Source of the DNA: Phoronis australis
Lineage: Eukaryota; Animalia; Phoronida
Assembly: GCA_002633005.1 (NCBI GenBank)
Contig: NMRA01000123.1
Span: 340,364-404,363, forward strand
Direction of reading: 5' to 3'
Length of the DNA stretch: 64,000 nt
In this document: one piece after another, positions 52,501 to 59,678 of the stretch
Layout: every line of letters begins with the position of its first letter
Numbering within the stretch: the stretch's first letter is position 1
Translations under genes and position numbers: made by a program
Notes under the pieces: model-generated
The model's database searches: none
What the model was told of the DNA's origin: nothing
What the model saw: the letters and a program-made list of their open reading frames with translations, nothing else

Positions 52501-55039
52501 AGACCATGAGGACTGAATTTCAAAAGTACATTGAATTCGCAAAAATCTGACTTACAAACACATAGGTCTATTTTGTGACTCACGAGTTGGTATTTACTTC
52601 GAGTCTGCTGTGGCGAATCTAGGATGTCGTAGAAAAGGTCCTAACCACACATTTAGGAAGGCAAAGGTCCGCGTGCATTCCAAGCGGTGTCTGAAGGGGG
52701 GCAAACACAATTTTAAAGGAAAATAGCTGCGTAACGACCAGAAACGATATGCTGGCGGCGCTTTTTAGTCGCCCGTGGGGTGTGCATGTGCCCTCGGGAT
52801 CCTTCGGTCCCCTCGTACCCGCCTATGTTATGACACCATAATTGTTACTTTATCTTGAAATATTAATCTAAAATTTCATTGCTCTGCGGACATATGTTAT
52901 TCCGTACGCTTCAAAGACTAATTACACAAATACAATGTTACACAAGCACCGATGTTTCAAAGACTATGTACCCGATACAACGTGCACACATGCATGCATG
53001 TAGGCCTATATATCAGGTGTTCCAAAAGTGAGCCATTTTTAAGAAGTAATTTCTCTACAACGAATAAACTGATTTTTCAAAAGTTTCTTACAAATGAACC
53101 TGAGGATATCATCAACAAATATACAAACTATCAAAGAGATCTGTGTGCAATTGTGCGAGTACTGTCAAATTAAATACATCAGAACAAAAAATAAAATATC
53201 AACGGGAAGCTCGCTTATTTCTGTCTTCTTCCACGACTCAACGGAGCCGTTTCTTCCAACCAGAAAATGCTTTTTTGTATTTCTTCCATCAAGATTTTCT
53301 CCCATGACATAATTATCCTGTCTTTTACTGCTGTTCACTCATTTTACATGTACCTCTCATTCCCCGGTATGGCATAGGCCATTGGATTGCAGTGGGGGGG
53401 GGGGGGGGGGNTGTACGGACGCCAATCCTTCTTTTTTGATGAATTTTGGTGTGGCTTCCTCCATATGAGCCTGAGTTATTTTGCTCGAGTCTGAATTAGT
53501 CCCATTTTGCTGAAACACGTAACTGTTTCCAGAATAAAGTCGCCTGCATTCCGGGAAAACATTTTCATCCAATTACTGCAGTGCATATGCCGTCGACTGT
53601 GAACTTTTGCTCTAACAGTGTCAATAAAATGAATATTTGTTTTTCCTTCCCATGACACTCCAGCGGAAACAAATACATTTTGGAAAATCTGGAAGTCTCA
53701 TGATGGAGTCAAGAAGGCTGAATTTCAAGTTTTCGTTTCCCACAAACAAGATCGTTTCGGTGATTTTTAGCGGTTTCTAGTGTAAAGTCTGTTTCATCAG
53801 TGGAAATAATTCTCTTCACATCAATGGCTGAATAGCGGTCAATAGCTTCATGGAGTTTTTCTTTTTCCACTTGGTTTTGAAGGGTCTCAATTCCATTCAT
53901 TGCACAGAAGACTTGCTCACTTTTAAATCCCTTGCGACTTCTTCCAAAGATTTGTGATTCCCCGGGTTGTCCTCCTGGGATTGGCTATGTTTTCAACACG
54001 ATCCTCGTTGTTTATAAACATGCAGTCTTGGGATACCCACTGCCACATTTACTCGCAACAGACCCTGTGTTGCGTATTTTAGCAATACAATTATTTACTT
54101 CCGCACAACTCCACCCTTTTCCTGGGATCTCCCTCAAGATTTTCCTTCAGCTCCACCCTTTCTCCTTGTAACAGATTTCAATTGCAAATCCATCATTTTC
54201 ACTCAAAGGTACCCTTACTCTAACCGTCACCTCCATTTCTACGAACTCACACATTTCTCTGATTGCTGTTGTTGCAACCAGCTCAAACCGATCGCAAATA
54301 CGTCTGACTTCGTGCTCGCCATGTTTTATCCTGGATCCCATCGGCCACGTTTTGGGGTCTAAGATGCCCAGAATAGAGCAAATGACTGCTCATCATTGCC
54401 TAATCAACGCCACTCAAAGTTCACAACAGCTTGTTGAATAAAGTGTTCAGGGCGTATGGTCACACGTGCAAGAACATTTGCAAACAATGCTGTCGTCAAC
54501 GCAGCAGTGCATCGATACTGTAGGCTATTGTATCAAGCCGCCCCACTATACCGCCATTTACTATGCATAGGTGCTACATTAAGATGTAAAATGATGGCTG
54601 GCTGAGCCTAAGCCCCACAATAATGTACATTACGGTGCGTAGGTGCTACGCTTAAACGCCAAAAGGTGGCTGGCTGCGCCTACGGCCGCCTACACCCCAA
54701 TACAGCACTGAATTAGACGCCCCACACGTTTATAGATTAAGATCCCAAAGAAGGAATTCCCCAACGGAATGATGGTTTGAAAGATGTTGCTCTTTCAAAA
54801 ACAGATTGGAACTCAGTGTAATATCTTACTTGTAATCGGGATGACCTGGACCAGGCTCGTTTCAACAATGGGTTTTCCACCAGCACAAACCTCCAGCGTA
54901 CATAATGGCTTCGATTGGTAAAATATAGATTGCACCGGGTAGCTGTCACGCAGAGGTTCACACGGTATTCTGATAGCTCTCCCTGGCGGTGAGTAGATAT
55001 CCTCCGGAGTACCCGAACCCGATGCCTCCTGATCCAAAT
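1..55039 (-). CDS. Multi-exon gene (17 exons seen, partial at both ends): type I membrane protein, Ig x4 (L1/neuroglian-like) - PAN/apple x9 - TM - cytoplasmic helical repeats
   Basis: Exons, 5'->3': 54830-55039, 41491-41658, 39996-40104, 37752-37939, 32769-32906, 28039-28200, 25828-26205, 25229-25459, 21673-21891, 16228-16446, 15682-15918, 14409-14627, 8551-8775, 7747-7971, 7036-7263, 4081-4296, 1-1591. All have AG acceptors and GT donors. Phases match at all 16 junctions and the joined frame (4963 nt) has no stop codon. Confidence 0.85.
1491..1556 (-). other. Predicted single transmembrane helix
   Basis: VWPAIIVIAVVVILCAAAFFYV followed directly by RRRRKLR (positive-inside rule). Confidence 0.9.
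2065..2175 (+). repeat. Dispersed non-autonomous repeat family; related copies at ~9560-9855 (minus) and ~11648-11930
   Basis: Shared core gcgc..ccagcct....GGGGGCTCGAATTT....TGTGGACCTTTTAC at ~2068, at 9790-9852 (reverse complement) and at ~11716, with G-rich or C-rich ends. Confidence 0.5.
3539..3820 (+). mobile_element. Penelope-like retroelement 3' remnant with inverted terminal repeat
   Basis: 3655-3756 encodes SRRIRESFWFRKSGSVMNRENRGYKLSKIWNSLI, matching the C-terminal end of the Penelope GIY-YIG endonuclease (R.I.ES..I......MNR..G.Y.L...W). 3539-3612 is an inverted copy of 3744-3820. Confidence 0.75.
4081..4296 (-). CDS. Exon 16: PAN/apple-like domain 9 (phase 1-1)
   Basis: gatattttag|GT...CCT G|gtgagg. 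GVMQQENQRVRSTYLKKVDAKSADECAQLCQLMTDCSISQWGNDECHVLESGRPYEMVPDGCCAIFEKFRLP. Confidence 0.88.
5749..6293. mobile_element. MITE with ~35-bp TIRs that hosts a second MITE
   Basis: Left tacatgtttcattgaagacacgactttgatctgtt; right aacagatcaacgtcgtgtcttcaatgaaatatgta (inverted). Confidence 0.65.
5966..6213. mobile_element. 248-bp MITE, PIF/Harbinger-type (GGGCCCGTTCCAA TIR, 3-bp TSD)
   Basis: TIRs gggcccgttccaacaaaactgactta / taagtcagtttcttggaacgggccc, flanked by aag/aag. A second copy in the opposite orientation lies at 36949-37196. Confidence 0.85.
7036..7263 (-). CDS. Exon 15: PAN/apple-like domain 8 (phase 1-1)
   Basis: ttttgctcaacag|GA...TCA G|gtgaaa. GMKAYGNSAFDSATNTETYVTSSGPECASICAEVCCIAAQFNPQTKECITVGEGGTFTMKADSCCTAFEIDDDVVS. 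Confidence 0.88.
7747..7971 (-). CDS. Exon 14: PAN/apple-like domain 7 (phase 1-1)
   Basis: ttcgtttacttag|AT...ATC G|gtttgc. DMFRRPGQALSSDHTKTFVKDTGYECAEHCVRSLCPAAHWNLMTLDCVVVDPGGDYTARSDECCELYEQEEKERI. Confidence 0.87.
8551..8775 (-). CDS. Exon 13: PAN/apple-like domain 6 (phase 1-1)
   Basis: ccgtacttcctag|GT...ACA G|gtcagt. GMDKLPNQAIETTQGTRTTTPTSHACLSQCSRRDCVVAQWNPETKECLVVGEGDDYNLVNSDCCIVVTKKEQPFT. Confidence 0.88.
11120..12455. mobile_element. Decayed non-autonomous DNA element with inverted ~16-bp subterminal repeats, containing nested repeats
   Basis: Degenerate CACTATTCCGAAGGTT units at 11125-11255 (+) and their reverse complement (gaaccttcggaatagt...) at 12390-12455. Confidence 0.45.
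13125..13268. mobile_element. ~145-bp MITE flanked by CWG (second copy at 57813-57964)
   Basis: Shared internal sequence cttatacgccgtatagcaacaatga...gcgtcacgttgtt...aacttatcc...caactcagccc in both copies. Flanks ctg/cag here and ctg/ctg at the second copy. Confidence 0.75.
13330..13760 (-). pseudogene. Decayed non-LTR retrotransposon (LINE) C-terminal fragment
   Basis: Frame-broken motifs AVLELG..., (H)W.FMRITD and LGKLGY resemble the post-RT region of invertebrate LINEs. Confidence 0.4.
14409..14627 (-). CDS. Exon 12: PAN/apple-like domain 5 (phase 1-1)
   Basis: ctttcctttaaag|AT...GCA G|gtacgt. DVRRIPNKAIQSSGATTFSTSSDFECNERCFTMNCVVSQFDYASKICTVVPEGVDYELVDSSCCTVYANNPPA. Confidence 0.88.
14584..15626. 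repeat. 353-bp direct duplication (14584-14936 = 15274-15626) abutting a single N; probable haplotype overlap at a contig join
   Basis: The copies differ at about 5 positions. The second copy starts immediately after the N at 15273. Confidence 0.8.
15682..15918 (-). CDS. Exon 11: PAN/apple-like domain 4 (phase 1-1)
   Basis: catcatcttgcag|GT...CCA G|gtgagt. GMTRRNNQRILSSGATITSTTQTEEECNKACTETACEAAQWDRNTKECTVVPPGVKYQLIDDGEEGCCVYYEKKDEPLP. Confidence 0.9.
16228..16446 (-). CDS. Exon 10: PAN/apple-like domain 3 (phase 1-1)
   Basis: ctatcttgtag|GC...CCA G|gtagta. GIRKNETSTAFTSKNSTIMTSSGYECAEMCQASSCKTAVYNRTNGRCSLVEYGEDIVATGGAWECCEVYNDVP. Confidence 0.87.
18492..18536. repeat. Perfect palindrome, 22-bp arms with a 1-nt centre
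   Basis: GCGATTAGAATTTAGTACTCAA-g-TTGAGTACTAAATTCTAATCGC. Confidence 0.95.
20282..20852. mobile_element. Non-autonomous DNA element (MITE) with imperfect TIRs; a related copy at 47201-50205 is split by an insertion
   Basis: caaccctcgctggttccct...ctagccagcacgtaggtatcac is inverted relative to gtgattcctgcgtgctggcta...agggaactagcgagattg. 20676-20790 matches 47201-47326. Confidence 0.7.
21673..21891 (-). CDS. Exon 9: PAN/apple-like domain 2 (phase 1-1)
   Basis: tttttattgttgcag|AT...CCG G|gtaacg. DMTRVPRRRLNAPRNTTLSTPTGYICALNCHEASCKAAEWDPVIKTCTLVNHGVEIYLTDGNGMCCEVYRDLP. Confidence 0.89.
22720..24420 (-). mobile_element. Internally deleted, decayed LINE (CR1/L2/Crack group)
   Basis: 23280-23645 reads KKIGVLKCISKFVNRVTLKILVTAIIQPHLDNCLPLWGAAS...IQNRAARIIL (post-RT region). 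23062-23310 reads MYKC...YL...F......YNT......LPK. ~23900-23990 resembles an endonuclease N-terminus (KLYSFL...CLIALTAT). CA-rich simple repeats lie at 22720-23030. Confidence 0.8.
24783..25083. mobile_element. MITE-like element with internal degenerate ~21-bp tandem repeats
   Basis: gcaaaaacagttaacagaaaaatcaaac is inverted relative to gtttgatttttctattagctatttttcgc. Periodic TTTGATTTTT(A/C)CG units lie between them. Confidence 0.5.
25229..25459 (-). CDS. Exon 8: PAN/apple-like domain 1 (phase 1-1)
   Basis: ataacaaaag|GT...CCG G|gtgaga. GIRRRKNSKLNVQEVTRVLTVSPGECAQTCAESWCEAAQWQLNTSECLMVPLGVHIQPITGDAECCEVFLKKENLFP. Confidence 0.87.
25828..26205 (-). CDS. Exon 7: complete I-set Ig domain (L1/neuroglian/contactin Ig6-like)
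   Basis: tttttttgttcag|AG...GAA G|gtaagg. EPMEW...VEQGNSVKLKCEAKVDPDEKLTTRWFLN...SVLTIDI...YDGTYTCMVTAV. Has B-strand Cys, C-strand Trp, DxGxYxC-type motif and the C.A.vDP signature. Confidence 0.9.
28039..28200 (-). CDS. Exon 6: second half of Ig4-like domain
   Basis: tttttctacaactcag|GG...ATG G|gtgagt. (W)PPISDVVPAGPQDSVVIQGTKMEFRNLRKSWVIQCALENALGYRTRTATINYM; the V.QC...N..GY.....N motif is typical of L1-family Ig4. Confidence 0.85.
29308..30210. mobile_element. Non-autonomous DNA transposon with short TIRs and inverted subterminal GC-rich repeats
   Basis: gggtttgtcaaaaa ... tttttgaacaaaccc. ccctcgac/ccacaacccctcgac units at 29460-29510 are inverted relative to gtcgaggggttgtgg units at 30140-30185. 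Confidence 0.55.
30875..31875. mobile_element. Long-inverted-repeat element enclosing a decayed (Y)MFEP/Cys ORF
   Basis: 30880-31040 is an imperfect inverted copy of 31695-31872. Internal 31195-31355 reads MAGVGDEEFFHEQSVSGDMFEPN...RLCANAQCALL. Confidence 0.55.
31430..31637. repeat. Dispersed repeat, probably a hAT-like end (CAGTGCTG terminus); second copy at ~54500-54710
   Basis: acggtgcgtagg(c/t)gctacg...gccaaaaggtgg(t/c)tggctgcgcctacg...gcctac...acagcactg is present in both places. Confidence 0.65.
32769..32906 (-). CDS. Exon 5: first half of Ig4-like domain
   Basis: ctcttccttgcag|AT...CAC T|gtaagt. (H)PPTFLNGEPKDINTTKGGHVILRCEAAPTHPQTSLPMWYINAIRH. Not in the ORF track. Confidence 0.87.
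35781..35965. mobile_element. Short fold-back element (~75-bp TIRs) inserted in the Gypsy element
   Basis: atgaaatagt...actagtaaaa...gacgagcgtcggtactaaaatata...ccccacgtt, with its inverted copy at 35890-35965. Confidence 0.8.
36949..37196. mobile_element. 248-bp Harbinger-type MITE (copy of 5966-6213) nested in the Gypsy element
   Basis: GGGCCCGTTCCAA TIRs, TSD cag/cag. Confidence 0.85.
37752..37939 (-). CDS. Exon 4: second part of Ig3-like domain (phase 2-1)
   Basis: ccattttccag|T CCT...AGG C|gtaagt. (D)PTPKVKRWEYPPRLDMSKMKDGVLPNSKVFIDAGSNHEGTYTACAVFFYKYETCGQFNVKVR. The phase-2 acceptor matches the phase-2 donor of exon 3. Confidence 0.85.
39996..40104 (-). CDS. Exon 3: first part of Ig3-like domain (phase 1-2)
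   Basis: cctttattacag|AC...GGA GA|gtaagt. (D)VVTNTPRLLYPDGDEQSNVEVDAGEDFILKFIFVG; P.LLY....G..L.L..IF.G.P.P is the L1/neuroglian Ig3 pattern. Confidence 0.85.
41491..41658 (-). CDS. Exon 2: second half of Ig2-like domain
   Basis: ttaactgtttcag|GG...AGC G|gtgagt. (R)ETKRAGIAGAIVFANPQRKDFLSSSTYLYCGQKNDKLGMTIDGTPKRFLYQAPRS; G..F.N....D......C...N..L.....G is the L1-family Ig2 pattern. Confidence 0.82.
41905..42640. mobile_element. MITE with ~130-bp imperfect TIRs
   Basis: cctttcgaggtcgtggagtttattgaaacca...ctcatctagagaccttc...cccgtgtctgttacgtcatc is inverted relative to gatgacgcaactgacacggg...gaaggtctcgagatgag...ggatttcaataaaatccatgactccgaaagg. Confidence 0.65.
43400..44170 (-). mobile_element. 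pogo/Fot1-like DNA transposon remnant with C-terminal PHD finger
   Basis: 43600-43745 (minus) reads YCLI*NEQYVEPIAEDWIQCKTCLDWAHEACTSYIGVRDVRCDSCLD. Repeated GGGGCACTTTGATCCA / TGGCTCA(A/T)AGT(G/A)CCCC subterminal motifs at 43400-43460 and 44120-44160. Confidence 0.65.
45061..46335. mobile_element. DNA transposon copy 1 (GGGGCTATTCGGA TIR, AT target duplication), deleted and gapped
   Basis: at|ggggctattcgga ... tccgaatagcccc|at. Colinear with 47327-50139 but lacks ~47822-48823. Contains the N gap. Confidence 0.8.
46007..46124. other. Assembly gap (118 N)
   Basis: Run of n. Confidence 1.
47327..50139. mobile_element. DNA transposon copy 2 (GGGGCTATTCGGA TIR, AT target duplication) carrying a decayed YqaJ-like exonuclease gene; ISL2EU-like
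   Basis: at|ggggctattcgga ... tccgaataatccc|at. Minus strand 49000-49410 reads TPVVLHDTMYISVAVVKCETQ*AVTIRQRASGLFGYEDELYLTAT, then VQG*ILGTKRVK*YAVVFTFKDL and HVPKLDF.YKRFY, which are YqaJ/lambda-exonuclease motifs. Confidence 0.75.
53013..54310 (-). mobile_element. Tc1/mariner-superfamily transposon (maT/DD37D-like), pseudogenised
   Basis: Frame-broken transposase: AIEICYKEKGWS..., IRNTGSV, IISTDETDFTLE...NHRND, SWEGKTNIHFID...KV, YVFQQNG...SKITQAHM...FIKK. Terminus TA|TCAGGTGTTCCAAAA at 53011. Confidence 0.85.
54830..55039 (-). CDS. Exon 1 (first one found): first half of Ig2-like domain
   Basis: attttcgttgcag|AT...ACA A|gtaaga. LDQEASGSGTPEDIYSPPGRAIRIPCEPLRDSYPVQSIFYQSKPLCTLEVCAGGKPIVETSLVQVIPIT; G..l.lPC.P...SYP...If is the L1-family Ig2 pattern. 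Confidence 0.82.
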
Positions 55040-57812
55040 CTGCAACGAAAATTTCATAACTCCCTTTCAAAGCAATTAATCCAAGACTTGAGTCAACGAG
55101 GTCATCCAATTGAAATTTGGAAGCTGAAAACGACAAGCATTACTGAGATGTTGACACCACTGAACTGGTGAAACCTACACATTGAACTGTAGTAACGACC
55201 CAGCAGGGACGTGCATACCGCACCCCTATTTCAATAGGTCTAAAATGCGTAAACCTCACTGAGATGGAAATTTATGTTTTACAAGCTGTAATAAAACTAA
55301 CAGAGATTTCAGAGCTGAAATAAAGATTAAATGCGTTATACATGTAATGTTGAATGCGCATTATTCTCCGGCCATATAAAACGCGTACTTTAATCTGATT
55401 CGAAACTTTTGGTAGAATTGCGAATCGCCGAAGACAACGGCAACGACAGCTGGGAAAAGCTGAAGACTACTCAAGTCGTGCGTTCGATATTTTACAACGC
55501 ATTGTTTTCAAATGATTTCACAGTCTTTAAGGCGATTTTAGACGTCCTCGCTAAGTCACCAGGAGGTTGGTTATGCCCAGCAGGGTGACTTTTCACGGCC
55601 AGTTTTGAGATTCCCTTTCGGAAAAGAATTCACTACGAAAGGGCCTCTTATTGCCCCTCAAAAGGGTTCAACATGTGACTTTAAAAGTCTGAGAAATATT
55701 TAAGAACTATAACAGAATTATTTCAACTTCATCTATCTGAAAGTTTTGTTTGATATTTATATTAGAACAAGGTATCTACGTGTATTTCGGACGTGATCGG
55801 TTAAAACCAGTTGTCTAAAAACTCCGACTGAAGAGTTGCGTTGATGTAGTTAAACCCTACAAATGCTTGGTGTTTTGGAACAAACCCCACACCAAGGTAT
55901 GAACGAGAATTCCGTCACTAAAAATTTGATTGACTCCATTTGCGGTTACTAAAGCGGTCTCAAATTGTTCCCTACTCAAAACAACGTTTCTTTTGGGCTT
56001 AGACAGAACCAAAACTTTGTGAAAGCCCTGAGGCTTGCCGAGCGATATTGACAAAATTTCCAAAAGGTTGTGCCCATGTCATAAAACTGAGACGAGTGAA
56101 GGATTTGTTTTCTCACATGGATCCTAAAAACGAAAAGCTCGACGTGTCTAAAACTTTCAACTACATGAAGCAACTTTGTAAAAACACATTTGTGCAATGT
56201 GAAGTAAACTCTGTTACTTTTAGTTAATAGTTTTATTTCAAAATTAAAATTGTAAATTGATTTCTGCTTTCGAAAGAAGTTCTAGTCGAAATCTAATAAA
56301 TGATCTTTGAATTTCTAAATGTTTATATACAGTCAACAAGGCTTCATCACGTGCGTGAGCACCGAATTGACCTAGAGGCAGCACAGCTAGTCTCACTGCG
56401 TTTCTTTAGTTGGGGTTCGTCTACGTTTGAAATATGTTGGATATGAAATTCGCCTTCGAAGATGGGTCCGTTTAAGATTTTGTTTGCATGTCACTGACCA
56501 TCAGACAAGGAGTACGTACACATGCGACACGCGATTTGTCAATCATGATCTTGTCGACTTCACAGAATTCCGGCGTTGTTTGATTGGCGCGGGTTTGGTT
56601 GTTGGAATTGAGTGTTTTGAAGACGATAAAATATAAGGCGTATGGATTTCTACTTAGCACTGCTTCGTGATTCGCCCACGTAACACCAATGAAATGACTA
56701 TAGCTCGGTGTAACACCATCCAGGTCATGTGAGGAAATGTTCTATAAGTCGAATTGTCAAGGCTTGAAATTGTATTTGCTGAGCATGCCCTGTAGCGAAA
56801 ACGAAATGCCAGTCCTTTACAAGACGTAAAATCACTTTTCACCAGGGCAAAAGCTCGAGACCACTTTTAACGGTAAGTGGTACAAGGTGGCTTTAGAAAA
56901 AAATTAATAGCAAGTAATTGAGTAATGTAAGGGTGAGCGGTGACGGATCCCGAACATGGTTAGCGACAGTCAACCTGAAAGAAATTTTGAGCGAGTTGGA
57001 GCCATTCTCTCGACATAGCCATTATGGTAGTGATAGCGATGGCGAGAGTACACAACACTCACACTTGCCTCACAAAAGAAGTCGCTTACAGAACACTCGA
57101 AGGCGTGCAGGGCCCGACATATCTGCTCCGTGATCATTTTCCGCTTGGCAATGGTAAAGGTCGTCATCATCCATGCGACGGACACGTGATATGACGAATC
57201 GGCTTCCACCATTTTTTACACTGTACCTTCCGCCGTTCGTGTTTAATTTTACTGGGTAGGAACCACCAGAGTATGAACGTTTTCCTTTCCACCAACTTAT
57301 TCTGAGGCATGGGAAACAAAGGAGTGATTAGTAGCACGTACAGTATGATCACAGTCCCAGAAATCGCTTTTGCATGATATGCAGGTTCTCGTCCACTCCT
57401 TTGCACATGTCCATTGTAATAAGACCTCGAGTTCAGAGGAGTAAGAGACATCTTAATTTGTGTCAACCAAATCAGTCAGTATTCGAGCCGGGGTTTCCCA
57501 AACGGCATATAAACCACAGGGCCACACTGTCTCCTTGTAAGGAGTCATTAGTGACCTTGAAATTTCTGGACCCACAAATTCCATATGCTATTTCTGAGCA
57601 AGAGATACATGTACGTCCCTATGCCTGAGGTTTGCTCTTGTACAGGGTTCGGCTTCAATTTTCAGAAACGCATTTCATGGAGCATTTCCGCCATATCTTG
57701 CACCGAAATTAGGCAACATTAAGACCAAACTGTCTCGGTACCATTTCTGAAAATGTCTAAACACTACAAATAAGTTGGCCTAATACTGAATAGATTTAAG
57801 ATTGAACTTCTG

Positions 57813-57964
57813 AGCCCAGTTGCATCAAAGTTATACGCTGTATAGCAACAATGACCTCCATTGATTCTAATGCGTCACGTTGTTATTGTTGAACAATCCA
57901 CCTGACATCATGTAACAATCGAACTTATCCAGCGGATAATTTTGAAGTTTTATGCAACTCAGCC
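57813..57964. mobile_element. ~150-bp MITE, CTG TSD (copy of 13125-13268)
   Basis: ctg|agcccagttgcat...atgcaactcagcc|ctg. Confidence 0.75.
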
Positions 57965-58240
57965 CTGGGCTGAAAGACAAACTTTACGACCATCCTCACT
58001 GTAAACTGTTGAGGAACAAACTTGTTGATATTTTTCAAAATATAACGTCAGTAAACATTGTCAACTTGTTTTCGATTCGAGAACCAGCAAACCACAGTTA
58101 AGTCAATGCAATGCGCGTCGCTTAGTGTCGTGAATTCGCAACAGGTGAGTTTGCATGCTAACATAGTAAAAACCGACTTAATTTCTAATTTAAGAGCGAT
58201 GTTCAATACCGTCGTTGTTGTGTTCCTCAAATGAACTATT

Positions 58241-59222
58241 CCGCAGATGGTAATTTCAGCAAGTCAGACCTTGTAGCGTTACTGTTGTAGATCTTCCCGT
58301 TAATGGAAATGTGGCTGCTGTTGTATGCAGTTTCAAAAGGTATTCCCCATGAAAATGGTCTTTATCGGTATAGGAAGTGCAAAAGAAGTGCATCAGAGGT
58401 CTGGCAGAATTGTTAGCGAGTTAGTGTTTGAACATGAAGTTACCCATGTCCAGAATGGGTGTGTTTAATATATTGATCGGTGCATCGATGCACAGCATTG
58501 CCTATCCACTTTCTTGGTTGAAGCAAATGCTACCGTGGACATTGACAGACGCGTGTGATCTAGTGTCAGACCAGTGAAGGAAACAGCATTAGATGACTCT
58601 GCAATACAGTGAAGTCCGCCTCCAACACATTTGGAGCATCAGCACTTCCATCGGCTTCTTAGGAAGAGAGCTGGTCACGGTTTATCTTTAATGATACTAG
58701 ATCTAGCTTGGCACTGCGCAAAGGTAAACATGGCACAATGTACAAGCCAGTGGCCCTGGAGAAATGTGAATCGCAGCTCTAAGTTACCATACGAAAATGT
58801 GCCAGTGGATTGTTCGTGTGTGAAGAGGAACTATATCTGACTGCAACACCAGTGACTGCATCGATTGTCTTATCGTCATTAAAAAGCCCGTTAATGCTAC
58901 ACTTTGATGATCGAATAAATTTTTCATTAACAGGCAAGTTTGTCACTAATCATTCAAACCACAATATTTCTTCAGTTTTAAAGCTCCATACAGTGCAGCT
59001 GTGCTGCTTCTTTATAAAGCTGGAAGTGATTACCGATTACGCTTGCGAATTGTCATTTTCCTGTTGACCTACAGAAATGTCCGGCGATCAAAACTAAGTA
59101 TTCCCTTTAATTTGTTTATGCGTGAAACTATTTTAAGAGCTTTCTTAAGAAGGCCTTTGAACACTTTTAAAGTTTTGTGTTAACTTGTCTATAACAAAAG
59201 TTTCATATACAAGCAGAGTATG
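58241..59222 (+). mobile_element. Decayed element related to the interior of 47327-50139 (YqaJ fragment) and to 60655-61370
   Basis: 58729-58851 reads HGTMYKPVALEKCESQL*VTIRKCASGLFVCEEELYLTATP. 58852-59222 is the reverse complement of ~48465-48833. 58241-58722 aligns inverted with ~60870-61370. Confidence 0.7.
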
Positions 59223-59454
59223 TTTTCAATCTTAGCTAACTGGATAAAAATCTTCTATGCACAAGATTGGAGAATAAAACGTAATCAGTGTATTTAAAAG
59301 AAAATGGCGAACCGAACAACCACATATATACAACGGGAAACATGATGCACCGCAAATGAGATCAGAACCCACGCACTCCTTTTTTAACTTTTAAGGTAAC
59401 TCAATAGTTTTGAAAATTTGACAGTTTTTATTGAAACAAGTGTCGAAAAAGCCA

Positions 59455-59678
59455 TTTTTGCAAGTTCAGCATGAAAACGAGGCTTGTGTAAGAAAAATCA
59501 AAAGATGACATATCCAGGGGGTAGCCCAAACCATCATAAAGCTTCAAAAAATCTGTGACGGTCACATTTTTTGCTTAAATTTAATGAGGGCTCGGGCTAC
59601 TCCTAGATACAGGTATGCCTTTGTTGCTTTTTGAGACAAAAGCCACGTTTTCGTTTTCCTGCCGAATTTGCAAAAAAA
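59455..59678. repeat. Imperfect fold-back (MITE-like)
   Basis: tttttgcaagttcagcatgaaaacgaggctt...gggtagcccaaacc versus gggctcgggctactcc...aagccacgttttcgttttcctgccgaatttgcaaaaa. Confidence 0.55.

Noticed and set aside
56654-56790. Candidate signal-peptide exon (acceptor ttttcgctacag; MTWMVLHRAIVISLVLRG)
   Set aside because: Weak hydrophobic core, an in-frame stop and no good GT donor. The true 5' exons (signal peptide, Ig1) probably lie beyond 64000 or were not recognisable.
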